The position numbers and the translations under genes are program-made. A stretch of 64,000 nucleotides of DNA, taken from Eledone cirrhosa. Taxonomy: Eukaryota. The notes below the pieces were generated by a model. It was given only the letters and a program-made list of their open reading frames with translations. It ran no database searches and was not told where the DNA came from. Shown here piece by piece: positions 36,097-48,663 of this stretch (its first letter is position 1; the number at the start of each line of letters is the position of its first letter). The stretch lies in assembly GCA_964016885.1 (NCBI GenBank), contig OZ024743.1, forward strand, positions 117,428,001 to 117,492,000, given 5' to 3'.

Positions 36097-36491
36097 AAAA
36101 TGGTATTGTTTCCATGATATGTTTTATAAAATTGACATTAATATTAATATTACGAAATAATTATATGGTACATTCATGTATCATGATCAATTGATATTCA
36201 CCCTAAATATCTAATTGCAAAGCGAAATTTTCAGTGAGTTTTCAAAGCATTCTTATATATTTATGAAATTATTTTGCTATAGGTATGATATGAATTTACT
36301 AATATTAATTTTAGTATATAGAACATGCAACAGGAATAAGCAAGTTCAATTAAAATATTTATGTTTTACATATAAATTACTCGTTTCTAAATCATAAATG
36401 ATTATATTTCTCGAAGTATTTGTTTAATATAAATATATTGTGGCGATACTGATGTAATTATGACGTCAAATACAGAGTCACTAGCTGTACA

Positions 36492-36564
36492 GCCAAAATA
36501 GCTCAGTTGGGAGAGCGTTAGACTGAAGATCTAAAGGTCCCCTGTTCAATCCCGGGTTTCGGCA
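36492..36564 (+). tRNA. trnF-GAA: tRNA-Phe(GAA), unit 30
   Basis: G4A. Confidence 0.88.
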
Positions 36565-36864
36565 TGCAGACGTATTATTTTCTCAAATATTTCTAATGAT
36601 TTTGATAGAGAACTATATATGATTTAAAGAACAATTAATCGAATGGTTCATTTGTCAGTCATCAAAAAGTCACTTTTATTTTAGTAGACACCAAATAATA
36701 CCAACTATCAGCAAAACGTCATATAGTTCAGGTGTGTTTTTGAACATTTAGTTCCGATTCAATAAAAGAGGAATATTAGACGACAATATCAGCTATTCAG
36801 TTTATCAATTCAAATAATGTGTTGAACATTCTAACCGTCTATATATGAATGTATAGTAAGAGCT

Positions 36865-36870
36865 GTCTCT

Positions 36871-36904
<34 letters not shown>

Positions 36905-36938
36905 TGAAAGGTTGGTGGTTCAAGTCCACCCAGGGACG
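36865..36938 (+). tRNA. trnN-GTT: tRNA-Asn(GTT), unit 30
   Basis: Array consensus; 6-bp upstream deletion. Confidence 0.92.
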
Positions 36939-37275
36939 TAATAGTCTACTTTTGCTTTAGAAACATTACTAAAAAATCTGTATATTTAGGTTTACAGCTT
37001 GCATTCAGAATTATTTGTAACACTAATACATGTTTCAATATATTACCCTGATAAAGATTAATTTTGCTTTACGTTACCTAAACCATTTCATCTCTACTGG
37101 ATTGTATTTCACCAAAAATCTTCATATTTCTATCTTAAACGAACACTGATCATCATCTGATGGAACATATAAAGTGTATGTTATAAAAAAATTCAAATGT
37201 TTTAACAATCTAAAGTAGATTATATTTATGTTTGTTTAAGTTCTTTCGTAAATATACATTCAACACGCACCATTG

Positions 37276-37348
37276 ATCTGGCTAGCTCAATCAGTAGAGC
37301 AGGAGACACTTAATCTCAGAGTCCAGAGTTCGTATCCAACGTTGGGTG
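37276..37348 (+). pseudogene. trnK-CTT: tRNA-Lys(CTT) pseudogene, unit 30, further decayed
   Basis: C4T, G15A, G18A, G52A, G59A. Confidence 0.75.
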
Positions 37349-37743
37349 AAAATGGTATTGTTTCCCTGATATGTTTTATAAAATTGACATTAATATTAAT
37401 ATTACGAAATAATTATATGGTACATTCATGTATCATGATCAATTGATATTCACCCTAAATATCTAATAGCAAAGCGAAATTTTCAGTGAGTTTTCAAAAC
37501 ATTCTTATATATTTATGAAATTATTTTGCTATAGGTATGATATGAATTTACTAATATTAATTTTAGTATATAGAACTTGCAACAGGAATAAGCAAGTTCA
37601 ATTCAAATATTTATGTTTTACATATAAATTACTCGTTTCTAAATCATAAATGATTATATTTCCCGAAGTATTTGTTTAATATAAATATATTGTGGCGATA
37701 CTGATGTAATTATGACGTCAAATAGAGAGTCACTAGCTGTACA

Positions 37744-37816
37744 GCCGAAATAGCTCAGTTGGGAGAGCGTTAGACTGAAGATCTAAAGGTCCCCTGTTCA
37801 ATCACGGGTTTCGGCA
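37744..37816 (+). tRNA. trnF-GAA: tRNA-Phe(GAA), unit 31
   Basis: C61A. Confidence 0.83.
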
Positions 37817-38122
37817 TGCAGACTTATTATTTTCTCAAATATTTCTAATGATTTTGATAGAGAACTATATATGATTTAAATAACAATTAATCGAATGGTT
37901 CCTTTGTCAGTCATCAAAAAGTCACTTTTAATTTAGTAGACACCAAATAATACCAACTATCAGCAAAACGTCATATAGTTCAGGTGTGTTTTTGAACATT
38001 TAGTTCCGATTCAATAAAAGTGGAATATTAGACGACAATATCAGCTATTCAGTTTATCAATTCAAATAATGTGTTGAACATTCTAAACGAAACCGTCTAT
38101 ATATGAATGTATAGTAAGAGCT

Positions 38123-38128
38123 GTCTCT

Positions 38129-38162
<34 letters not shown>

Positions 38163-38196
38163 TGAAAGGTTGGTGGTTCAAGTCCACCCAGGGACG
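38123..38196 (+). tRNA. trnN-GTT: tRNA-Asn(GTT), unit 31
   Basis: Array consensus. Confidence 0.92.
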
Positions 38197-38534
38197 TAAT
38201 AGTCTACTTTTGCTTTAGAAACATTACTAAAAAATCTGTATATTTAGGTTTACAGCTTGCATTCAGAATTATTTGTAACACTAATACATGTTTCAATATA
38301 TTAGCCTGGATAAAGATTAATTTTGCTTTACGTTACCTAAACCATTTCATCTCTACTGGATTGTATTTCACCAAAAATCTTCATATTTCTATCTTAAACG
38401 AACACTGATCATCATCTGATGGAACATATAAAGTGTATGTTATAAAAAAATTCAAATGTTTTAACAATCTAAAGTAGATTATATTTATGTTTGTTTAAGT
38501 TCTTTCGTAAATATACATTCAACACGCACCATTG

Positions 38535-38607
38535 ATCTGGCTAGCTCAATCAGTAGAGCAGGAGACACTTAATCTCAGAGTCCAGAGTTCGTGTCCAACG
38601 TTGGGTG
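38535..38607 (+). pseudogene. trnK-CTT: tRNA-Lys(CTT) pseudogene, unit 31, further decayed
   Basis: As unit 27. Confidence 0.75.
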
Positions 38608-39002
38608 AAAATGGTATTGTTTCCATGATATGTTTTATAAAATTGACATTAATATTAATATTACGAAATAATTATATGGTACATTCATGTATCATGATCA
38701 ATTGATATTCACCCTAAATATCTAATAGCAAAGCGAAATTTTCAGTGAGTTTTCAAAACATTCTTATATATTTATGAAATTATTTTGCTATAGGTATGAT
38801 ATGAATTTACTAATATTAATTTTAGTATATAGAACTTGCAACAGGAATAAGCAAGTTCAATTCAAATATTTATGTTTTACATATAAATTACTCGTTTCTA
38901 AATCATAAATGATTATATTTCCCGAAGTATTTGTTTAATATAAATATATTGTGGCGATACTGATGTAATTATGACGTCAAATAGAGAGTCACTAGCTGTA
39001 CA

Positions 39003-39075
39003 GCCGAAATAGCTCAGTTGGGAGAGCGTTAGACTGAAGATCTAAAGGTCCCCTGTTCAATCACGGGTTTCGGCA
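39003..39075 (+). tRNA. trnF-GAA: tRNA-Phe(GAA), unit 32
   Basis: C61A. Confidence 0.83.
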
Positions 39076-39381
39076 TGCAGACTTATTATTTTCTCAAATA
39101 TTTCTAATGATTTTGATAGAGAACTATATATGATTTAAATAACAATTAATCGAATGGTTCCTTTGTCAGTCATCAAAAAGTCACTTTTAATTTAGTAGAC
39201 ACCAAATAATACCAACTATCAGCAAAACGTCATATAGTTCAGGTGTGTTTTTGAACATTTAGTTCCGATTCAATAAAAGTGGAATATTAGACGACAATAT
39301 CAGCTATTCAGTTTATCAATTCAAATAATGTGTTGAACATTCTAAACGAAACCGTCTATATATGAATGTATAGTAAGAGCT

Positions 39382-39387
39382 GTCTCT

Positions 39388-39421
<34 letters not shown>

Positions 39422-39455
39422 TGAACGGTTGGCGGTTCAAGTACACCCAGGGACG
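39382..39455 (+). tRNA. trnN-GTT: tRNA-Asn(GTT), unit 32
   Basis: Same variants as unit 28. Confidence 0.8.
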
Positions 39456-39794
39456 TAATAGTCTACTTTTGCTTTAGAAACATTACTAAAAAATCTGTAT
39501 ATTTAGGTTTACAGCTTGCATTTAGAATTATTTGTAACACTAATACATGTTTCAATATATTAGCCTGGATAAAGATTAATTTTGCTTTACGTTACCTAAA
39601 CCATTTCATCTCTACTGGATTGTATTTCACCAAAAATCTTCATATTTCTACCTTAAACGAACACTGATCATCATCTGATGGAACATATAAAGTGTATGTT
39701 ATAAAAAAAATTCAAATGTTTTAACAATCTAAAGTAGATTATATTTATGTTTGTTTAAGTTCTTTCGTAAATATACATTCAGCACCCACCATTG

Positions 39795-39867
39795 ATCCGG
39801 CTAGCTCAGTCGGTAGAGCAGGAGACACTTAATCTCAGAGTCCAGGGTTCGTGTCCAACGTTGGGTG
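39795..39867 (+). pseudogene. trnK-CTT: tRNA-Lys(CTT) pseudogene, unit 32
   Basis: As unit 9. Confidence 0.82.
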
Positions 39868-40262
39868 AAAAAGGTATTGTTTCCATGATATGTTTTATAA
39901 AATTGACATTAATATTAATATTACGAAATAATTATATGGTACATTCATGTATCATGATCAATTGATATTCACCCTAAATATCTAATAGCAAAGCGAAATT
40001 TTCAGTGAGTTTTCAAAGCATTCTTATATATTTATGAAATTATTTTGCTATAGGTATGATATGAATTTACTAATATTAATTTTAGTATATAGAACATGCA
40101 ACAGGAATAAGCAAGTTCAATTCAAATATTTATGTTTTACATATAAATTACTCGTTTCTAAATCATAAATGATTATATTTCTCGAAGTATTTGTTTAATA
40201 TAAATATATTGTGGCGATACTGATGTAATTATGACGTCAAATAGAGAGTCACTAGCTGTACA

Positions 40263-40335
40263 GCCGAAATAGCTCAGATGGGAGAGCGTTAGACTGAAGA
40301 TCTAAAGGTCCCCTGTTCAATCCCGGGTTTCGGCA
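40263..40335 (+). tRNA. trnF-GAA: tRNA-Phe(GAA), unit 33
   Basis: T16A. Confidence 0.9.
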
Positions 40336-40641
40336 TGCAGACTTATTATTTTCTCAAATATTTCTAATGATTTTGATAGAGAACTATATATGATTTAAAT
40401 AACAAATAATCGAATGGTTCCTTTGTCAGTCATCAAAAAGTCACTTTTATTTTAGTAGACACCAAATAATACCAACTATCAGCAAAACGTCATATAGTTC
40501 AGGTGTGTTTTTGAACATTTAGTTCCGATTCAATAAAAGAGGAATATTAGACGACAATATCAGCTATTCAGTTTATCAATTCAAATAATGTGTTGAACAT
40601 TCTAAACGAAACCGTCTATATATGACTGTATAGTAACAGCT

Positions 40642-40647
40642 GTCTCT

Positions 40648-40681
<34 letters not shown>

Positions 40682-40715
40682 TGAAAGGTTGGTGGTTCAA
40701 GTCCACCCAGGGACG
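40642..40715 (+). tRNA. trnN-GTT: tRNA-Asn(GTT), unit 33
   Basis: Array consensus. Confidence 0.92.
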
Positions 40716-41051
40716 TAATAGTCTACTTTTGCTTTAGAAACATTACTAAAAAATCTGTATATTTAGGTTTACAGCTTGCATTCAGAATTATTTGTAACAC
40801 TAATACATGTTTCAATATATTAGCCTGATAAAGATTAATTTTGCTTTACGTTACCTAAACCATTTCATCTCTACTGGATTGTATTTCACCAAAAATCTTC
40901 ATATTTCTATCTTAAACGAACACTGATCATCATCTGATGGAACATATAAAGTGTATGTTATAAAAAAAATTCAAATGTTTTAACAATCTAAAGTAGATTA
41001 TATTTGTTTGTTTAAGTCCTTTCGTAAATATACATTCAGCACGCACCATTG

Positions 41052-41124
41052 ATCCGGCTAGCTCAGTCGGTAGAGCAGGAGACACTTAATCATAGAGTCC
41101 AGGGTTCGTGTCCAACGTTGGGTG
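41052..41124 (+). pseudogene. trnK-CTT: tRNA-Lys(CTT) pseudogene, unit 33
   Basis: As unit 29. Confidence 0.78.
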
Positions 41125-41519
41125 AAAATGGTATTGTTTCCATGATATGTTTTATAAAATTGACATTAATATTAATATTACGAAATAATTATATGGTACA
41201 TTCATGTATCATGATCAATTGATATTCACCCTAAATATCTAATTGCAAAGCGAAATTTTCAGTGAGTTTTCAAAGCATTCTTATATATTTATGAAATTAT
41301 TTTGCTATAGGTATGATATGAATTTACTAATATTAATTTTAGTATATAGAACATGCAACAGGAATAAGCAAGTTCAATTAAAATATTTATGTTTTACATA
41401 TAAATTACTCGTTTCTAAATCATAAATGATTATATTTCTCGAAGTATTTGTTTAATATAAATATATTGTGGCGATACTGATGTAATTATGACGTCAAATA
41501 CAGAGTCACTAGCTGTACA

Positions 41520-41592
41520 GCCAAAATAGCTCAGTTGGGAGAGCGTTAGACTGAAGATCTAAAGGTCCCCTGTTCAATCCCGGGTTTCGGCA
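41520..41592 (+). tRNA. trnF-GAA: tRNA-Phe(GAA), unit 34
   Basis: G4A. Confidence 0.88.
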
Positions 41593-41892
41593 TGCAGACG
41601 TATTATTTTCTCAAATATTTCTAATGATTTTGATAGAGAACTATATATGATTTAAAGAACAATTAATCGAATGGTTCATTTGTCAGTCATCAAAAAGTCA
41701 CTTTTATTTTAGTAGACACCAAATAATACCAACTATCAGCAAAACGTCATATAGTTCAGGTGTGTTTTTGAACATTTAGTTCCGATTCAATAAAAGAGGA
41801 ATATTAGACGACAATATCAGCTATTCAGTTTATCAATTCAAATAATGTGTTGAACATTCTAACCGTCTATATATGAATGTATAGTAAGAGCT

Positions 41893-41898
41893 GTCTCT

Positions 41899-41932
<34 letters not shown>

Positions 41933-41966
41933 TGAAAGGTTGGTGGTTCAAGTCCACCCAGGGACG
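41893..41966 (+). tRNA. trnN-GTT: tRNA-Asn(GTT), unit 34
   Basis: Array consensus; 6-bp upstream deletion. Confidence 0.92.
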
Positions 41967-42303
41967 TAATAGTCTACTTTTGCTTTAGAAACATTACTAA
42001 AAAATCTGTATATTTAGGTTTACAGCTTGCATTCAGAATTATTTGTAACACTAATACATGTTTCAATATATTACCCTGATAAAGATTAATTTTGCTTTAC
42101 GTTACCTAAACCATTTCATCTCTACTGGATTGTATTTCACCAAAAATCTTCATATTTCTATCTTAAACGAACACTGATCATCATCTGATGGAACATATAA
42201 AGTGTATGTTATAAAAAAATTCAAATGTTTTAACAATCTAAAGTAGATTATATTTATGTTTGTTTAAGTTCTTTCGTAAATATACATTCAACACGCACCA
42301 TTG

Positions 42304-42376
42304 ATCTGGCTAGCTCAATCAGTAGAGCAGGAGACACTTAATCTCAGAGTCCAGAGTTCGTATCCAACGTTGGGTG
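42304..42376 (+). pseudogene. trnK-CTT: tRNA-Lys(CTT) pseudogene, unit 34, further decayed
   Basis: As unit 30. Confidence 0.75.
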
Positions 42377-42771
42377 AAAATGGTATTGTTTCCCTGATAT
42401 GTTTTATAAAATTGACATTAATATTAATATTACGAAATAATTATATGGTACATTCATGTATCATGATCAATTGATATTCACCCTAAATATCTAATAGCAA
42501 AGCGAAATTTTCAGTGAGTTTTCAAAACATTCTTATATATTTATGAAATTATTTTGCTATAGGTATGATATGAATTTACTAATATTAATTTTAGTATATA
42601 GAACTTGCAACAGGAATAAGCAAGTTCAATTCAAATATTTATGTTTTACATATAAATTACTCGTTTCTAAATCATAAATGATTATATTTCCCGAAGTATT
42701 TGTTTAATATAAATATATTGTGGCGATACTGATGTAATTATGACGTCAAATAGAGAGTCACTAGCTGTACA

Positions 42772-42844
42772 GCCGAAATAGCTCAGATGGGAGAGCGTTA
42801 GACTGAAGATCTAAAGGTCCCCTGTTCAATCCCGGGTTTCGGCA
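42772..42844 (+). tRNA. trnF-GAA: tRNA-Phe(GAA), unit 35
   Basis: T16A. Confidence 0.9.
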
Positions 42845-43150
42845 TGCAGACTTATTATTTTCTCAAATATTTCTAATGATTTTGATAGAGAACTATATAT
42901 GATTTAAATAACAAATAATCGAATGGTTCCTTTGTCAGTCATCAAAAAGTCACTTTTATTTTAGTAGACACCAAATAATACCAACTATCAGCAAAACGTC
43001 ATATAGTTCAGGTGTGTTTTTGAACATTTAGTTCCGATTCAATAAAAGAGGAATATTAGACGACAATATCAGCTATTCAGTTTATCAATTCAAATAATGT
43101 GTTGAACATTCTAAACGAAACCGTCTATATATGAATGTATAGTAAGAGCT

Positions 43151-43156
43151 GTCTCT

Positions 43157-43190
<34 letters not shown>

Positions 43191-43224
43191 TGAAAGGTTG
43201 GTGGTTCAAGTCCACCCAGGGACG
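43151..43224 (+). tRNA. trnN-GTT: tRNA-Asn(GTT), unit 35
   Basis: Array consensus. Confidence 0.92.
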
Positions 43225-43562
43225 TAATAGTCTACTTTTGCTTTAGAAACATTACTAAAAAATCTGTATATTTAGGTTTACAGCTTGCATTCAGAATTAT
43301 TTGTAACACTAATACATGTTTCAATATATTAGCCTGATAAAGATTAATTTTGCTTTACGTTACCTAAACCATTTCATCTCTACTGGATTGTATTTCACCA
43401 AAAATCTTCATATTTCTACCTTAAACGAACACTGATCATCATCTGATGGAACATATAAAGTGTATGTTATAAAAAAAATTCAAATGTTTTAACAATCTAA
43501 AGTAGATTATATTTATGTTTGTTTAAGTTCTTTCGTAAATATACATTCAGCACCCACCATTG

Positions 43563-43635
43563 ATCCGGCTAGCTCAGTCGGTAGAGCAGGAGACACTTAA
43601 TCTCAGAGTCCAGGGTTCGTGTCCAACGTTGGGTG
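43563..43635 (+). pseudogene. trnK-CTT: tRNA-Lys(CTT) pseudogene, unit 35
   Basis: As unit 9. Confidence 0.82.
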
Positions 43636-44030
43636 AAAAAGGTATTGTTTCCATGATATGTTTTATAAAATTGACATTAATATTAATATTACGAAATAAT
43701 TATATGGTACATTCATGTATCATGATCAATTGATATTCACCCTAAATATCTAATAGCAAAGCGAAATTTTCAGTGAGTTTTCAAAGCATTCTTATATATT
43801 TATGAAATTATTTTGCTATAGGTATGATATGAATTTACTAATATTAATTTTAGTATATAGAACATGCAACAGGAATAAGCAAGTTCAATTCAAATATTTA
43901 TGTTTTACATATAAATTACTCGTTTCTAAATCATAAATGATTATATTTCTCGAAGTATTTGTTTAATATAAATATATTGTGGCGATACTGATGTAATTAT
44001 GACGTCAAATAGAGAGTCACTAGCTGTACA

Positions 44031-44103
44031 GCCGAAATAGCTCAGATGGGAGAGCGTTAGACTGAAGATCTAAAGGTCCCCTGTTCAATCCCGGGTTTCG
44101 GCA
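44031..44103 (+). tRNA. trnF-GAA: tRNA-Phe(GAA), unit 36
   Basis: T16A. Confidence 0.9.
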
Positions 44104-44409
44104 TGCAGACTTATTATTTTCTCAAATATTTCTAATGATTTTGATAGAGAACTATATATGATTTAAATAACAAATAATCGAATGGTTCCTTTGTCAGTCA
44201 TCAAAAAGTCACTTTTATTTTAGTAGACACCAAATAATACCAACTATCAGCAAAACGTCATATAGTTCAGGTGTGTTTTTGAACATTTAGTTCCGATTCA
44301 ATAAAAGAGGAATATTAGACGACAATATCAGCTATTCAGTTTATCAATTCAAATAATGTGTTGAACATTCTAAACGAAACCGTCTATATATGAATGTATA
44401 GTAAGAGCT

Positions 44410-44415
44410 GTCTCT

Positions 44416-44449
<34 letters not shown>

Positions 44450-44483
44450 TGAAAGGTTGGTGGTTCAAGTCCACCCAGGGACG
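44410..44483 (+). tRNA. trnN-GTT: tRNA-Asn(GTT), unit 36
   Basis: Array consensus. Confidence 0.92.
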
Positions 44484-44819
44484 TAATAGTCTACTTTTGC
44501 TTTAGAAACATTACTAAAAAATCTGTATATTTAGGTTTACAGCTTGCATTCAGAATTATTTGTAACACTAATACATGTTTCAATATATTAGCCTGATAAA
44601 GATTAATTTTGCTTTACGTTACCTAAACCATTTCATCTCTACTGGATTGTATTTCACCAAAAATCTTCATATTTCTATCTTAAACGAACACTGATCATCA
44701 TCTGATGGAACATATAAAGTGTATGTTATAAAAAAAATTCAAATGTTTTAACAATCTAAAGTAGATTATATTTGTTTGTTTAAGTCCTTTCGTAAATATA
44801 CATTCAGCACGCACCATTG

Positions 44820-44892
44820 ATCCGGCTAGCTCAGTCGGTAGAGCAGGAGACACTTAATCTCAGAGTCCAGGGTTCGTGTCCAACGTTGGGTG
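44820..44892 (+). pseudogene. trnK-CTT: tRNA-Lys(CTT) pseudogene, unit 36
   Basis: As unit 9. Confidence 0.82.
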
Positions 44893-45287
44893 AAAATGGT
44901 ATTGTTTCCATGATATGTTTTATAAAATTGACATTAATATTAATATTACGAAATAATTATATGGTACATTCATGTATCATGATCAATTGATATTCACCCT
45001 AAATATCTAATTGCAAAGCGAAATTTTCAGTGAGTTTTCAAAGCATTCTTATATATTTATGAAATTATTTTGCTATAGGTATGATATGAATTTACTAATA
45101 TTAATTTTAGTATATAGAACATGCAACAGGAATAAGCAAGTTCAATTCAAATATTTATGTTTTACATATAAATTACTCGTTTCTAAATCATAAATGATTA
45201 TATTTCCCGAAGTATTTGTTTAATATAAATATATTGTGGCGATACTGATGTAATTATGACGTCAAATAGAGAGTCACTAGCTGTACA

Positions 45288-45360
45288 GCCGAAATAGCTC
45301 AGTTGGGAGAGCGTTAGACTGAAGATCTAAAGGTCCCCTGTTCAATCACGGGTTTCGGCA
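45288..45360 (+). tRNA. trnF-GAA: tRNA-Phe(GAA), unit 37
   Basis: C61A. Confidence 0.83.
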
Positions 45361-45666
45361 TGCAGACTTATTATTTTCTCAAATATTTCTAATGATTTTG
45401 ATAGAGAACTATATATGATTTAAATAACAATTAATCGAATGGTTCCTTTGTCAGTCATCAAAAAGTCACTTTTAATTTAGTAGACACCAAATAATACCAA
45501 CTATCAGCAAAACGTCATATAGTTCAGGTGTGTTTTTGAACATTTAGTTCCGATTCAATAAAAGTGGAATATTAGACGACAATATCAGCTATTCAGTTTA
45601 TCAATTCAAATAATGTGTTGAACATTCTAAACGAAACCGTCTATATATGAATGTATAGTAAGAGCT

Positions 45667-45672
45667 GTCTCT

Positions 45673-45706
<34 letters not shown>

Positions 45707-45740
45707 TGAAAGGTTGGTGGTTCAAGTCCACCCAGGGACG
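45667..45740 (+). tRNA. trnN-GTT: tRNA-Asn(GTT), unit 37
   Basis: Array consensus. Confidence 0.92.
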
Positions 45741-46079
45741 TAATAGTCTACTTTTGCTTTAGAAACATTACTAAAAAATCTGTATATTTAGGTTTACAGC
45801 TTGCATTCAGAATTATTTGTAACACTAATACATGTTTCAATATATTAGCCTGGATAAAGATTAATTTTGCTTTACGTTACCTAAACCATTTCATCTCTAC
45901 TGGATTGTATTTCACCAAAAATCTTCATATTTCTACCTTAAACGAACACTGATCATCATCTGATGGAACATATAAAGTGTATGTTATAAAAAAAATTCAA
46001 ATGTTTTAACAATCTAAAGTAGATTATATTTATGTTTGTTTAAGTTCTTTCGTAAATATACATTCAGCACCCACCATTG

Positions 46080-46152
46080 ATCCGGCTAGCTCAGTCGGTA
46101 GAGCAGGAGACACTTAATCTCAGAGTCCAGGGTTCGTGTCCAACGTTGGGTG
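46080..46152 (+). pseudogene. trnK-CTT: tRNA-Lys(CTT) pseudogene, unit 37
   Basis: As unit 9. Confidence 0.82.
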
Positions 46153-46547
46153 AAAAAGGTATTGTTTCCATGATATGTTTTATAAAATTGACATTAATAT
46201 TAATATTACGAAATAATTATATGGTACATTCATGTATCATGATCAATTGATATTCACCCTAAATATCTAATAGCAAAGCGAAATTTTCAGTGAGTTTTCA
46301 AAGCATTCTTATATATTTATGAAATTATTTTGCTATAGGTATGATATGAATTTACTAATATTAATTTTAGTATATAGAACATGCAACAGGAATAAGCAAG
46401 TTCAATTCAAATATTTATGTTTTACATATAAATTACTCGTTTCTAAATCATAAATGATTATATTTCTCGAAGTATTTGTTTAATATAAATATATTGTGGC
46501 GATACTGATGTAATTATGACGTCAAATAGAGAGTCACTAGCTGTACA

Positions 46548-46620
46548 GCCGAAATAGCTCAGATGGGAGAGCGTTAGACTGAAGATCTAAAGGTCCCCTG
46601 TTCAATCCCGGGTTTCGGCA
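46548..46620 (+). tRNA. trnF-GAA: tRNA-Phe(GAA), unit 38
   Basis: T16A; 3-bp trailer deletion. Confidence 0.9.
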
Positions 46621-46923
46621 TGCAGACTTATTTTCTCAAATATTTCTAATGATTTTGATAGAGAACTATATATGATTTAAATAACAAATAATCGAATGGT
46701 TCCTTTGTCAGTCATCAAAAAGTCACTTTTATTTTAGTAGACACCAAATAATACCAACTATCAGCAAAACGTCATATAGTTCAGGTGTGTTTTTGAACAT
46801 TTAGTTCCGATTCAATAAAAGAGGAATATTAGACGACAATATCAGCTATTTAGTTTATCAATTCAAATAATGTGTTGAACATTCTAAACGAAACCGTCTA
46901 TATATGAATGTATAGTAAGAGCT

Positions 46924-46929
46924 GTCTCT

Positions 46930-46963
<34 letters not shown>

Positions 46964-46997
46964 TGAAAGGTTGGTGGTTCAAGTCCACCCAGGGACG
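46924..46997 (+). tRNA. trnN-GTT: tRNA-Asn(GTT), unit 38
   Basis: Array consensus. Confidence 0.92.
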
Positions 46998-47333
46998 TAA
47001 TAGTCTACTTTTGCTTTAGAAACATTACTAAAAAATCTGTATATTTAGGTTTACAGCTTGCATTCAGAATTATTTGTAACACTAATACATGTTTCAATAT
47101 ATTAGCCTGATAAAGATTAATTTTGCTTTACGTTACCTAAACCATTTCATCTCTACTGGATTGTATTTCACCAAAAATCTTCATATTTCTATCTTAAACG
47201 AACACTGATCATCATCTGATGGAACATATAAAGTGTATGTTATAAAAAAAATTCAAATGTTTTAACAATCTAAAGTAGATTATATTTGTTTGTTTAAGTC
47301 CTTTCGTAAATATACATTCAGCACGCACCATTG

Positions 47334-47406
47334 ATCCGGCTAGCTCAGTCGGTAGAGCAGGAGACACTTAATCTCAGAGTCCAGGGTTCGTGTCCAACGT
47401 TGGGTG
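47334..47406 (+). pseudogene. trnK-CTT: tRNA-Lys(CTT) pseudogene, unit 38
   Basis: As unit 9. Confidence 0.82.
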
Positions 47407-47801
47407 AAAATGGTATTGTTTCCATGATATGTTTTATAAAATTGACATTAATATTAATATTACGAAATAATTATATGGTACATTCATGTATCATGATCAA
47501 TTGATATTCACCCTAAATATCTAATTGCAAAGCGAAATTTTCAGTGAGTTTTCAAAGCATTCTTATATATTTATGAAATTATTTTGCTATAGGTATGATA
47601 TGAATTTACTAATATTAATTTTAGTATATAGAACATGCAACAGGAATAAGCAAGTTCAATTCAAATATTTATGTTTTACAAAAATATTACTCGTTTCTAA
47701 ATCATAAATGATTATATTTCTCGAAGTATTTGTTTAATATAAATATATTGTGGCGATACTGATGTAATTATGACGTCAAGTACAGAGTCACTAGCTGTAC
47801 A

Positions 47802-47874
47802 GCCAAAATAGCTCAGTTGGGAGAGCGTTAGACTGAAGATCTAAAGGTCCCCTGTTCAATCCAGGGTTTCGGCA
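47802..47874 (+). tRNA. trnF-GAA: tRNA-Phe(GAA), unit 39
   Basis: G4A; C62A restores T52-A62 pair. Confidence 0.9.
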
Positions 47875-48180
47875 TGCAGACGTATTATTTTCTCAAATAT
47901 TTCTAATGATTTTGATAGAGAACTATATATGATTTAAAGAACAATTAATCGAATGGTTCATTTGTCAGTCATCAAAAAGTCACTTTTATTTTAGTAGACA
48001 CCAAATAATACCAACTATCAGCAAAACGTCATATAGTTCAGGTGTGTTTTTGAACATTTAGTTCCGATTCAATAAAAGAGGAATATTAGACGACAATATC
48101 AGCTATTCAGTTTATCAATTCAAATAATGTGTTGAACATTCTAAACGAAACCGTCTATATATGAATGTATAGTAAGAGCT

Positions 48181-48186
48181 GTCTCT

Positions 48187-48220
<34 letters not shown>

Positions 48221-48254
48221 TGAAAGGTTGGTGGTTCAAGTCCACCCAGGGACG
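48181..48254 (+). tRNA. trnN-GTT: tRNA-Asn(GTT), unit 39
   Basis: Array consensus. Confidence 0.92.
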
Positions 48255-48590
48255 TAATAGTCTACTTTTGCTTTAGAAACATTACTAAAAAATCTGTATA
48301 TTTAGGTTTACAGCTTGCATTCAGAATTATTTGTAACACTAATACATGTTTCAATATATTACCTGATAAAGATTAATTTTGCTTTACGTTACCTAAACCA
48401 TTTCATCTCTACTGGATTGTATTTCACCAAAAATCTTCATATTTCTTTCTTAAACGAACACTGATCATCATCTGATGGAACATATAAAGTGTATGTTATA
48501 AAAAAATTCAAATGTTTTAACAATCTAAAGTAGATTTTATTTATGTTTGTTTAAGTCCTTTCGTAAATATACATTCAGCACGCACCATTG

Positions 48591-48663
48591 ATCCGGCTAG
48601 CTCAGTCGGTAGAGCAGGAGACACTTAATCTCAGAGTCCAGGGTTCGTGTCCAACGTTGGGTG
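48591..48663 (+). pseudogene. trnK-CTT: tRNA-Lys(CTT) pseudogene, unit 39
   Basis: As unit 9. Confidence 0.82.
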
